Shown here in pieces: positions 55,323-64,000 of a DNA stretch of 64,000 nt. Under the pieces are notes generated by a model, which was not told the DNA's origin, ran no database searches, and saw only the letters and a program-made list of their open reading frames with translations. A program made the translations under genes and the position numbers. Numbering within the stretch: the stretch's first letter is position 1; each line of letters starts with the position of its first letter. The stretch is from positions 4,099 through 68,098 of the forward strand of contig CABZHO010000003.1 of assembly GCA_902525595.1 (NCBI GenBank). Reading direction: 5' to 3'. The DNA comes from an uncultured Pelagibacteraceae bacterium (GTDB lineage Bacteria > Pseudomonadota > Alphaproteobacteria > Pelagibacterales > AG-422-B15).

Positions 55323-55874
55323 ATGAAAATTCCTATTAAGATTTTTATTTTATTGCTATCTAGTCATACCGTATTTGCAGCTGAAGGTCAGGGTTCTGCT
55401 GGCCTTCCGCAAATGGATATTACAACATTTCCGTCTCAGCTATTTTGGTTAGTTATAACATTCGCAATACTTTATATTTTTATGTGGAGAGTAGTTATAC
55501 CTAAATTAAGTACCACAATCGAAGAACGTAAAGACAAAATATCTAATGATATTAATGAAGCTGAAAAATTTAACTCTGAAGCGACTAGTATACTTGAGAA
55601 ATATGAAGAGCAAATGAGTTCAGCATCACAAAGTGCAAGTGATATAATTTCGGAATCTAAAAGCCAAATGAACGATTACTTTGAAAATTTAAAGTTAGAA
55701 AATGAGAAGAAAATCGCTGAAATGATAAGAAATTCTCAAAAAATGATTAAGTTAAGAGAGAAGGACTCCATAAATGAGGTGCGAAATGCAACATTAGAAA
55801 CTGTTAAAGAAATTACAATCAAATATCTTGATAAAATACCTAATGACGATCAAATCTTAAAAAAATTAAATTAA
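55323..55874 (+). CDS. atpF2: ATP synthase F0 subunit b'
   Basis: G.PQ.D..TFPSQLFWL...F..LY, then coiled coil R...I..DI..A. Confidence 0.92.
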   Translation: MKIPIKIFILLLSSHTVFAAEGQGSAGLPQMDITTFPSQLFWLVITFAILYIFMWRVVIPKLSTTIEERKDKISNDINEAEKFNSEATSILEKYEEQMSSASQSASDIISESKSQMNDYFENLKLENEKKIAEMIRNSQKMIKLREKDSINEVRNATLETVKEITIKYLDKIPNDDQILKKLN

Positions 55875-55892
55875 AATGAAAGCTAAAATATA

Positions 55893-56387
55893 ATGTCTTC
55901 TTTTTTTTCTGATCCATCATCATGGGTTTTAATTGCGTTTATTATATTTATTGTTATTGGCTTAGTAATCAAGGCTCCTTCAATGATTGCAAATTTATTG
56001 GATGGAGAAATTAATAAAATAAAAAACGAACTAGATGAAGCTAGAAAATTAAAAGAGGCAGCAAACTCACACTTAGCTGAGTATGAAAGAAAAGTTCAGT
56101 CAGCAGAAGAAGAAGCAAAAAAAATAATTGATCAAGCAAATGAGATTGCAAAAAATCACGAAACCACTTCTAAAAAGAAGGCTCAAGAATTTATAAAAAG
56201 AGCAGAGCAGCAAGCAATAGAGAAAATTTCACGGGCAGAAAAAATTGCCATTTCTAAAGTCAATGAAGAAATAGTACTCAATTCAATTAATATTGCTGAA
56301 CAACTTATTGATGAAAACTTAACTGAACAAGGCTCAAGTAAGCTAATAAGTCAGTCTATAAATCAAATAAATAAACTCAAATCATAA
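55893..56387 (+). CDS. atpF: ATP synthase F0 subunit b
   Basis: W..IAF.IF TM segment, LD....I..ELDEA..L.E.A coiled coil. Confidence 0.92.
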   Translation: MSSFFSDPSSWVLIAFIIFIVIGLVIKAPSMIANLLDGEINKIKNELDEARKLKEAANSHLAEYERKVQSAEEEAKKIIDQANEIAKNHETTSKKKAQEFIKRAEQQAIEKISRAEKIAISKVNEEIVLNSINIAEQLIDENLTEQGSSKLISQSINQINKLKS

Positions 56388-56427
56388 TTTATTATTTAAT
56401 TATCTTTTATTGAGATATAAATATCTC

Positions 56428-57387
56428 ATGGCTGTTTATACTAATGTAACGAATGAAGAATTAAGTGATTTCTTAAGCAAATATAATATTGAAAAAATTA
56501 TTGGATTTAATGGAATTAAAAGTGGGACTTCAAACTCAAATTACTTGTTAGAGACAGAAAAAAGAAAGTTAATTCTAACATTATTTGAAGAACGAACAAA
56601 CCAAGAAAACCTACCTTTTTTCTTTGACCTAATGAATCATTTAAATAGCGCTAATATTAAATGCCCTGAAGTTATCAAAGATCAAAATGATAATTTTTCA
56701 AATAAATTAAATGGTAAGCACGCGGTAATTACATCCTTTATGTCTGGAAAATCAATTGATCAGATACAGCCTTCACATTGTTCATCACTAGGGGCTACAG
56801 TGGCAAAAATGCATAATGAATCGGCTAAAATTAAAATAATCCGAGAAAATGAATTAGGCTTCTTCAAATTGCAAAAACTATTAGAAAAACTTGAGTCATT
56901 GAATAGCTTGGAAACTGAGACAATTAAATTTTTAAATGAGGAATATTACTTTCTATATAAGGAACTTAATAAAAATTTACCATCAGGTATTATCCATGCA
57001 GACCTTTTTCCAGATAATATTTTTTTTGATGGAAACGAACTGACTGGTATTATTGATTTTTACTTTTCTTGCAATGATTTTTATGCTTATGAAATAGCTA
57101 TATGCTTAAATGCTTGGTGTTTTGAGTTAAACAATAATGAGTTTAATCCAACAAAAGCTAAATATCTATTGAAGAGCTATAATGAATATAGAAAATTTTC
57201 AATTGAAGAAGTTGACGCTCTACCACTACTTACTAGGGCATCGGCTTTAAGATATTTACTAACAAGATTAATTGACTTCCATACTCACACTGATAGTGAA
57301 TTAATTTTAAAAAAAAATCCAAATGAATATTTATTAAAACTTAAATTTCACCAGACTGTAAAAAAAGCAAGCGAATATGGTCTCTGA
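56428..57387 (+). CDS. thrB: Homoserine kinase (type II, APH fold)
   Basis: MAVYT start, GI..G..NSNY, LTLFE, IHADLFPDN.FF, IDFYF.C, RYLLTRL.D. Confidence 0.95.
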   Translation: MAVYTNVTNEELSDFLSKYNIEKIIGFNGIKSGTSNSNYLLETEKRKLILTLFEERTNQENLPFFFDLMNHLNSANIKCPEVIKDQNDNFSNKLNGKHAVITSFMSGKSIDQIQPSHCSSLGATVAKMHNESAKIKIIRENELGFFKLQKLLEKLESLNSLETETIKFLNEEYYFLYKELNKNLPSGIIHADLFPDNIFFDGNELTGIIDFYFSCNDFYAYEIAICLNAWCFELNNNEFNPTKAKYLLKSYNEYRKFSIEEVDALPLLTRASALRYLLTRLIDFHTHTDSELILKKNPNEYLLKLKFHQTVKKASEYGL

Positions 57388-57811
57388 TAAAATACATGTA
57401 TATACCGATGGAGCATGTGCTGGCAATCCAGGTAATGGTGGATGGGGTGTTTATATTGAACTTAATAATGAAAGTGTGAAATTAAGTGGTTCAGAAGAAA
57501 GTACGACTAACAATAGAATGGAATTAAAAGCAGTTATTGAAGCTTTAAAATATGTTAATAATGAAACTAAGTTAGTCATTTTTACAGACTCAAAATATGT
57601 TATGCAGGGAATTCAGGAATGGATAAAGAATTGGAAGATAAATAATTGGAAAACGTCACAAAAAAAACCAGTAAAAAATAAGGAATTATGGCAAGAACTT
57701 GATGAACTTGTATCAAATAGAACCATAGAATGGCAGTGGGTAAAAGGACATTCTGGTGATTTTGGTAATGAAATGGCCGATAAATTAGCAACTTCTGCGA
57801 TAATAATCTAG
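57377..57811 (+). CDS. rnhA: Ribonuclease HI
   Basis: YTDGAC.GNPG.GGWG, TTNNRMEL, TDS.YV, WVKGH.G..GNE.AD. Confidence 0.98.
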   Translation: MVSDKIHVYTDGACAGNPGNGGWGVYIELNNESVKLSGSEESTTNNRMELKAVIEALKYVNNETKLVIFTDSKYVMQGIQEWIKNWKINNWKTSQKKPVKNKELWQELDELVSNRTIEWQWVKGHSGDFGNEMADKLATSAIII

Positions 57812-58293
57812 AGACAAGTAAGCATATGATCGGCACTGCTAACATCAACAACGCCATCTTCACTTTCTACAAAAAATTGTTCGATGACACCATTTGTAAT
57901 AAGAATCGAGCATCTTTTTGTTTTGATTGATGTTCCAAAGCTGTCTGGAAAATCTGTACCTAATAATTTTGAAAATTTAGCCTTACTATCAGATAAAAAA
58001 ACTATTTCACCTATAGCCCCGGACATTTCTTCCCAAGCAGTCATAGTAAATATATCATTAGTGGCGAAGCAAAGTATTTCAGCGACACCCTTGTCTTTTA
58101 TGGCTTGAGCTTTTTCAATATATCCTGGTAGATGATTTCTTGCACATGTTGGCGTAAAAGCGCCTGGAACACCAAATAAAACTATTTTCTTTTCTTTACA
58201 AAATTCATCTAAAGAGAATGGTTGAGGACCTTTCTCCTTATCCATTATTACAAGTTTTTGACTTGGGATATTATCACCTGGCATGACTGACAT
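57808..58293 (-). CDS. Peroxiredoxin (Prx5 type)
   Basis: LFGVPGAFTPTC...HLPG, ND.F.M.AW. Confidence 0.92.
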   Translation of the reverse strand: MSVMPGDNIPSQKLVIMDKEKGPQPFSLDEFCKEKKIVLFGVPGAFTPTCARNHLPGYIEKAQAIKDKGVAEILCFATNDIFTMTAWEEMSGAIGEIVFLSDSKAKFSKLLGTDFPDSFGTSIKTKRCSILITNGVIEQFFVESEDGVVDVSSADHMLTCL

Positions 58294-58302
58294 AATTAGA
58301 TA

Positions 58303-58887
58303 CTATTCATTCGATTCTTTAATACAAGACAAAAGAATATGATCCTCCCATTTTCCATTTATTTTTAAATATTTCCTTACCAAACCTTCTTTTACGAATT
58401 CATTACTCTTTAATGTGTTAAGGGAACGTAAATTTCTTGGTAAACATGCAGCTTCAATTCGATGAAGTTCTAATTCATTAAAAATAAACTTCTTAATTAA
58501 AGAAATTGCTTCAGTCATAAAGCCATTACCCATTCTTTTCTCAGCTATCCAATAACCGATCGAGCATGACTGTACAACTCCACGTTGAACATTATTTATA
58601 TTTATTTCACCAATTAAATTCTTATTATCTCTTTCAAAAATTAGAAATGAATAAGCTCTTTCTTGAATAGCTAATTTTTCAAAATACCTCACCCTTTTTA
58701 CAAAGGAACTACGCGCTAATTCATTGGGAGACCAACTTGGTTCCCACGGCTTTAAATATGTCTCATTTTTTTCCCTCAAATCAGACCACTCATTCCAGTC
58801 TTTATAGTCTGGTGGCCTTAAATAAATCTTAAAACCATTTATTTCGAAATTTAATTTTTTTGGGTAATATGTAGTTAGAAATGACAT
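58303..58887 (-). CDS. rimJ: RimJ-like GNAT N-acetyltransferase
   Basis: YL.PWEP.W, N..RG..QS.SIGYW, LHRIEAAC.P.N..S, YLKING.WEDH. Confidence 0.85.
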   Translation of the reverse strand: MSFLTTYYPKKLNFEINGFKIYLRPPDYKDWNEWSDLREKNETYLKPWEPSWSPNELARSSFVKRVRYFEKLAIQERAYSFLIFERDNKNLIGEININNVQRGVVQSCSIGYWIAEKRMGNGFMTEAISLIKKFIFNELELHRIEAACLPRNLRSLNTLKSNEFVKEGLVRKYLKINGKWEDHILLSCIKESNE

Positions 58888-58889
58888 TA

Positions 58890-60275
58890 TTATAATTTGT
58901 TAATGGTTATAAAGTCTTTCAAACTTTGTATAGTATTATCCACTTTGTAAATTCTCTCATCTAAAGAAAATAAATTACTGAAATTACTTAATAAATCTAA
59001 TTTATTTCCTAAGTATTTTTCAACAGTATCTGAAAACTTTATTGGATTAGCAGTTGATAAAATAAAATTTAAATGCTGGCTATCGCTATGATTTCTTGAA
59101 GCATTTAGTCCAGTTGCTGTGTGTGGATCCAAAACATACCCAAAACTATGATAAATATCTTTTATGATTTTCTCAATTTCATCCATTGTAGTTTTACAAG
59201 AAGAGAAGACACTAAGAATATCCTTAGAATTATCTTTATTAATTTTGAGAGTTTTGTTTACTTCAAATTTTAACATCTCAGAAGCAGTTAATTTCTCAGA
59301 TTTGTCAAATACTTCATAAAGTAATCTTTCAAAGTTACTTGCAATTTGAATATCCATGCTGGGGCTCGTAGTTTTTACAACTGTATCTGTTTTATATATT
59401 CCCGATTTCATAAAACGATCTAGAATATCATTTTCATTTGTTGCAATTATCAATCTGTTTACTGGTAAACCCATCTTATAGGCAACATATCCTGCATAGA
59501 TGTCACCAAAATTTCCTGTAGGAACAGAAAAATTTACTTTATTGTCAATATTGTTATTGAATTTAATATAAGTATAAAAATAATAAACTGATTGAATAAT
59601 AATTCTAGCCCAATTAATTGAATTGACTGCAGATATTTTGTTTTGAACACTAAATTTATAATCCTTCAATATTTCCTTTACAATTCTTTGACAATCATCA
59701 AATGTTCCATCTATCTCGCATAGAAATATATTCTTTTCTGTAACTGTTGACATTTGTCTTCTTTGAAATTCAGAAATTCTCCCTTTTGGAAAAAGACAGA
59801 ATATATTTATATTTTTACTTTTTCTTACTGCATCAATTGCTGCAGAACCAGTATCACCAGAAGTTGCTACAATAAGATTAAGTTTATTTTTCTCTTTATC
59901 TAAATAATAATCAAATAGAGGAATTAATAATTGCATTGCGAAGTCTTTGAATGCCAGGGTTGGGCCATTAAATAGCTCAACAATAACCTCATTATCAGTT
60001 AAATTTTTGAATGATATGATTTCACCTTTGGAGAATTGATTTGAATATGCGTTTTCAACTAAGTTATTGAGGTCTTTAATGCTTATTTCATCTTGAACGA
60101 AAGGTTTGATTATATTGGTTGCTAAATCAGAATAAGTTATATTTTGCTCAATTTCTTTAAGATTTACTTGAGGCCAATTAATTGGCACAAATAATCCTCC
60201 ATCTTCAGCAAGACCAGAAAATAGTATATCTTTAAAATTAAATTTTTTACTTCCTCTTGTACTTTTATAATTCAT
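58890..60275 (-). CDS. thrC: Threonine synthase
   Basis: Y.STRG, GLA.DGGL.VP, ELF.GPTLAFKD, ATSGDTGSAA, NSINWAR, VPTGNFG, SPSMDIQ..SNFER. Confidence 0.97.
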   Translation of the reverse strand: MNYKSTRGSKKFNFKDILFSGLAEDGGLFVPINWPQVNLKEIEQNITYSDLATNIIKPFVQDEISIKDLNNLVENAYSNQFSKGEIISFKNLTDNEVIVELFNGPTLAFKDFAMQLLIPLFDYYLDKEKNKLNLIVATSGDTGSAAIDAVRKSKNINIFCLFPKGRISEFQRRQMSTVTEKNIFLCEIDGTFDDCQRIVKEILKDYKFSVQNKISAVNSINWARIIIQSVYYFYTYIKFNNNIDNKVNFSVPTGNFGDIYAGYVAYKMGLPVNRLIIATNENDILDRFMKSGIYKTDTVVKTTSPSMDIQIASNFERLLYEVFDKSEKLTASEMLKFEVNKTLKINKDNSKDILSVFSSCKTTMDEIEKIIKDIYHSFGYVLDPHTATGLNASRNHSDSQHLNFILSTANPIKFSDTVEKYLGNKLDLLSNFSNLFSLDERIYKVDNTIQSLKDFITINKL

Positions 60276-60963
60276 CTTTCTTAGCTCCTCGCCTAATGTA
60301 ATACATGTACATTACTGTTATTACAATTGATAAAAGAAACCATGTAACTGCATACTGAAGATGGTTATTTGTTATATTAGATGGCTCAAACTCGATTAAA
60401 AGGTTTTGAAATCTAGTTTGATCAAGCAATTTTATCAAATACCTACTTGATGATATTTTATGATACTGATCCATTTCTTCTGTGTTCATTAAGTACCAAA
60501 CATTTGAGGCATAATCATTTTGTGGAATTAAAGGTTTTCTTTCTTTCGAATATATCAATGCACCCTCAGCTTCAAATAAATCAAAATTATCTAATGAAGA
60601 TATATCAAAGTTTTGCTTTACGTCGTATGGGATCCAACCTAGAATTACATATATAAATTTATTTTCCTCCGTTTGCATCGGTACGATTAATTCGAAACCA
60701 GAGGCGCCATTCAAATTAGATCTGAAAAAATACATAGTATGTTCAAATTTTAGATATCCACTAGTAATGACTTTCATAAACTCATATTCATTTGAATTAT
60801 CTACATGAAAAGGAAATTCTTCTAAGTACTCTGAATAATTTTGTTGTATTGAATTAATTAAGTTATTTTTCCACTCTAGCCTTTGCGTTTGCCAATACCC
60901 AAGTATTAATAAGAAAATAATGGTAAAAGTAAAAATGAAGTGAAAAGAGAGATTTTTAATCAA
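60265..60963 (-). CDS. SURF1 family cytochrome oxidase assembly protein
   Basis: LG.WQ.QRL.WK..LI, GW.P, NNHLQYA.TWF. Confidence 0.93.
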   Translation of the reverse strand: MIKNLSFHFIFTFTIIFLLILGYWQTQRLEWKNNLINSIQQNYSEYLEEFPFHVDNSNEYEFMKVITSGYLKFEHTMYFFRSNLNGASGFELIVPMQTEENKFIYVILGWIPYDVKQNFDISSLDNFDLFEAEGALIYSKERKPLIPQNDYASNVWYLMNTEEMDQYHKISSSRYLIKLLDQTRFQNLLIEFEPSNITNNHLQYAVTWFLLSIVITVMYMYYIRRGAKKDEL

Positions 60964-60977
60964 ATGACTATTTTAAC

Positions 60978-61778
60978 TTAATAAGAGCCCCAGACATAAA
61001 TTGCAGCAAAAAGGAATAGCCAGACTACATCTACAAAGTGCCAATACCAAGCAGCAGCTTCAAATCCAAAGTGATGATCAGATTTAAAGTGGCCTGCGAT
61101 TGAACGGCCTAAACAAACAATTAAGAAAATAGTACCGACAAGAACATGAAAACCATGGAAGCCTGTGGCCATGTAAAATGTTGCTCCATATATATGCCCC
61201 GAAAAAGAAAAATCTGCATGCATATATTCATATACTTGGAAACCTGTAAAGATAACTCCTAAACCTACAGTGCACCAAAGACCCTGGATTAATTCTTTAC
61301 GATTACCTTCTAAGAGCGCGTGATGAGCCCATGTTACTGTGGTTCCAGATAAAAGAAGAATTAGAGTATTTATTAATGGTATGTGCCATGGATCCATTAA
61401 GTGAATATCAGCTGGTGGCCAAACAGAGCCAATTTGCTCAGTTGGGAAGAGACTGGCGTTAAAATATGCCCAAAACCAGGCAACAAAAAACATTACTTCA
61501 GATGCAATGAACAAAGTCATCCCATATCTGAGGCCTATTTGTACAACCGGCGTATGATGGCCCTGATTTTCACCTTCGATAATTACATCCCTAAACCACA
61601 TATAGGTTACGTAGATGACAATAGCTAAACCGATTAACATCATCCATAAATCACCCGATCTAAAATAGATCACAGCACCTATACATGCAATTAGAGAACC
61701 TATTGATGCAAAAAGCGGCCATGGACTTGGGTCAACTAAATGATATTCGTGAGATCTTTTGGAATTTTCTGAACTCAT
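60978..61778 (-). CDS. ctaE: Cytochrome c oxidase subunit III
   Basis: H.YHLV.PSPWP, FI.SEVMFF, NT.ILL.SG, TGFHG.HV, WYWHFVDVVWLFL. Confidence 0.98.
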   Translation of the reverse strand: MSSENSKRSHEYHLVDPSPWPLFASIGSLIACIGAVIYFRSGDLWMMLIGLAIVIYVTYMWFRDVIIEGENQGHHTPVVQIGLRYGMTLFIASEVMFFVAWFWAYFNASLFPTEQIGSVWPPADIHLMDPWHIPLINTLILLLSGTTVTWAHHALLEGNRKELIQGLWCTVGLGVIFTGFQVYEYMHADFSFSGHIYGATFYMATGFHGFHVLVGTIFLIVCLGRSIAGHFKSDHHFGFEAAAWYWHFVDVVWLFLFAAIYVWGSY

Positions 61779-61784
61779 GGCAAT

Positions 61785-62327
61785 TTATGTATCACTGTTT
61801 TCATAAAAGGTATAGGACAAAGTCACTTCAGATAAATCTGCAATATATTTATCATTTTCGATTTCAGGATCAATAAAAAATGAGACTGGCATAATTTTTG
61901 TTTCATTAGCTTTAAGCATCGTTTCTTGAAAACAGAAACACTCAATCTTGTTAAAATATTTTCCTGCCTCTGTTGGAGAAACATTATATACAGCAGTCCC
62001 GCTCAGTGTCTGATTTGTATTATTTTCAATTACGTAATTGATAAGTTTATTTTCACCAATCTTTATCTTATGCACTCTTTGCTCAGGATAAAATTGCCAA
62101 TCTAAAGTAGAGCCAAGATTAGAGTCCAACCTAACATCAATTGTTTTATCAATGGAATAAATACTTTCTGCTGAATAAATACTTGGTGTGCCACCAAAAC
62201 CAGTAACTTTACAAAAGTAGTTATACAACGGCACCGACGCGTATGCTAATGCAATCATCGCAAGGACGATACCTATAAGCCAGAGGGCAGTTGTAGTATT
62301 ACTATTATCAAATTTAGTGTTATTCAT
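61785..62327 (-). CDS. ctaG: Cytochrome c oxidase assembly protein CtaG/Cox11
   Basis: YASVPLY..FC..TG.GG, YF.KI.CFCF, MPV.FF.DP, LSYTF. Confidence 0.97.
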   Translation of the reverse strand: MNNTKFDNSNTTTALWLIGIVLAMIALAYASVPLYNYFCKVTGFGGTPSIYSAESIYSIDKTIDVRLDSNLGSTLDWQFYPEQRVHKIKIGENKLINYVIENNTNQTLSGTAVYNVSPTEAGKYFNKIECFCFQETMLKANETKIMPVSFFIDPEIENDKYIADLSEVTLSYTFYENSDT

Positions 62328-62432
62328 TTAAATATTACTCAACTGATAAACTGTATAAGAAAAGAAGAGAGCTACAAAAAAAACAAGAATTAATGCTGTT
62401 ATCAAGTTTTTTCTCTTTGTATTTTTATTCAT
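62328..62432 (-). CDS. 34-aa single-TM small protein (CoxF-like)
   Basis: MNKNTKRKNLITALILVFFVALFFSYTVYQLSNI*. The ATG overlaps the ctaB stop (TGATG) and the TAA abuts the ctaG ATG. Confidence 0.75.
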   Translation of the reverse strand: MNKNTKRKNLITALILVFFVALFFSYTVYQLSNI

Positions 62433-63361
62433 CACGAAATATTCCAAAGCAAGTTATCTATTAAAAGTATAGAAAATACATTAAACAAATAGATGATTGA
62501 AAAATAAAAAAGCGTTTGTGCCTTTTTCTCAAATAATCTTTTTTGAAGATATGATTTTCGTAAATCAAATGCCAAATATATAAAAATTCCACTCAGCGCT
62601 GTTGATAAAGTACCAAAAAATAATGAATAATAAGAGCTCATTATTAGTGTTATTGGCAAGAGGGTAAGCGAATATAGTATAATGAGGTTGATTGTTTTAT
62701 GCTTTCCGACAACTAATGGCATCATTGGAATGCCCGCATTTTTGTAATCGCTAGATTTATAGAGTGCCAGAGACCAGAAATGGGGAGGTGTCCAAAGAAA
62801 AATTAACAAAAATAGTAAACATATTTCATAAGAAATACTTCCAGTGACTACTGACCAACCAATCATAGGGGGGAAAGCACCTGCGGCACCACCAATAACT
62901 ATATTTTGTGGCGTTCTTTTTTTTAACCAGATTGTATAAACAAAAATGTAAAAAATTATCGTTAGCAGAAGAAGGCTAGCCGCTGTAATATTTGATGCAT
63001 AAAATAGTAAGGCAACGGAAAAAATTGAGAGCAAAAGTCCAAAAATAAGAGCGCCATTAGAACTTATTTTATTTCTTGGTAATACCCTGTCTTTAGTTCT
63101 GTTCATCAACTTATCAGTATCTCTTTCGTACCACATATTTAAAGCGCCAGATGCCCCAGATCCTATTGAAATAGCAAGTATGGCTAGAAAGCCTGTGGCA
63201 ATGCTTAAATTACCCGGCGCTATTATCATGCCAACAAAACTTGTAAATATAGATAGTGACATTACTCTTGGTTTTAAAAGAGAAATGTATTGAGCTACTT
63301 TGAGGACGTGCTTATTCAGCCCGAATTCCTGTTTATTAGAAACTGAGGTAATATTTGCCAT
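62432..63361 (-). CDS. ctaB: Heme o synthase (protoheme IX farnesyltransferase)
   Basis: LLKPRVMSL, NM..E.D.D..M.RT..R, KKRTPQNIVIGG.AGA.PP, LWTPPHFW.L. Confidence 0.97.
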   Translation of the reverse strand: MANITSVSNKQEFGLNKHVLKVAQYISLLKPRVMSLSIFTSFVGMIIAPGNLSIATGFLAILAISIGSGASGALNMWYERDTDKLMNRTKDRVLPRNKISSNGALIFGLLLSIFSVALLFYASNITAASLLLLTIIFYIFVYTIWLKKRTPQNIVIGGAAGAFPPMIGWSVVTGSISYEICLLFLLIFLWTPPHFWSLALYKSSDYKNAGIPMMPLVVGKHKTINLIILYSLTLLPITLIMSSYYSLFFGTLSTALSGIFIYLAFDLRKSYLQKRLFEKKAQTLFYFSIIYLFNVFSILLIDNLLWNIS

Positions 63362-63369
63362 TGTAATTT

Positions 63370-64000
63370 CTACTTAACCTTTGGTAGCTCCTCAAACTGG
63401 TGAAAAGGTGGTGGAGATGATAGCGTCCACTCAAGTGTTGTTGCACCTTCACCCCATGGATTGTCAGCACAATCTCTAACTCTTGTTAGAGCATGTATTA
63501 ACATTATGAAAAATACAGCCAGCCCAACAACAGAGATAAATGAACCAATTGAAGATATATAATTCCAACCAGCATATGCGTCAGGATAGTCAACATATCT
63601 TCTTGGCATTCCAGCCAATCCTAAAAAATGCTGAGGGAAAAATATAATATTTACGCCAATAAAAGTAAGCCAAAAATGTAATTTTCCAAGAGATTCCGAA
63701 TAGTTTCTGCCGAACATTTTTCCAAACCAATAATAAAATCCAGCGAATATTGCAAAAACTGCACCCATTGATAATACGTAATGGAAATGCGCAACAACGT
63801 AATAAGTGTCGTGTAACGAATGATCAATACCCGCATTTGCAAGAACTACTCCGGTAACACCCCCAACCGTAAACAAGAAAATAAAGCCTATAGCCCATAA
63901 CATTGGTGTTTTGAGTTCTACAGAACCGCCCCACATAGTAGCAATCCAAGAAAAAACCTTAATCCCTGTAGGTACAGCAATAACCATAGTTGCGAAGACA
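63370..64000 (-). CDS. ctaD: Cytochrome c oxidase subunit I (5' part lies beyond the window)
   Basis: [46 protein letters not shown]. Confidence 0.98.
   Translation of the reverse strand, partial: VFATMVIAVPTGIKVFSWIATMWGGSVELKTPMLWAIGFIFLFTVGGVTGVVLANAGIDHSLHDTYYVVAHFHYVLSMGAVFAIFAGFYYWFGKMFGRNYSESLGKLHFWLTFIGVNIIFFPQHFLGLAGMPRRYVDYPDAYAGWNYISSIGSFISVVGLAVFFIMLIHALTRVRDCADNPWGEGATTLEWTLSSPPPFHQFEELPKVK

Noticed and set aside
58936-58944. DnaA-box-like TTATCCACT
   Set aside because: A single mismatched box inside thrC with no cluster; not an origin.

Overview
A gene-dense, very AT-rich (roughly 30% GC by eye) core-genome segment of a streamlined marine-type alphaproteobacterium. It looks Pelagibacterales/SAR11-like, which is an inference from gene order and protein style. 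It holds about 65 mostly housekeeping genes: dnaG, carAB, trxB, uvrB/uvrC, folB, pgsA, ilvE, an OmpR/EnvZ-type pair, proC, lgt, prs-rplY-pth-ychF, petABC, hemF, greA, cca, ispE, ETF-QO, udg, rnhB, ccrM, mutY, smc, the F0 ATP synthase operon, thrB/thrC, rnhA and the cox/cta operon. There is one tRNA-Gln(TTG). Two accessory-looking blocks are present: a BMP-type purine ABC importer with a phosphoribosyltransferase, and a MaoC-EEP-FluC plus AhpD-like block next to the tRNA. I found no CRISPR array, integrase, transposase or prophage. The best leads are: (1) an 864-aa SMC that apparently lacks the canonical hinge; (2) a GC-rich, foldable ~55-nt element in front of the purine-uptake operon; (3) a ccrM promoter packed with GANTC sites, plus an altered recognition loop in CcrM; (4) a T7-tract frameshift in pgeF; (5) two small ORFs missed by the ORF track; (6) loss of metal ligands in DnaG and UDG. 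All calls are by eye from motifs and remembered synteny; no searches were run.
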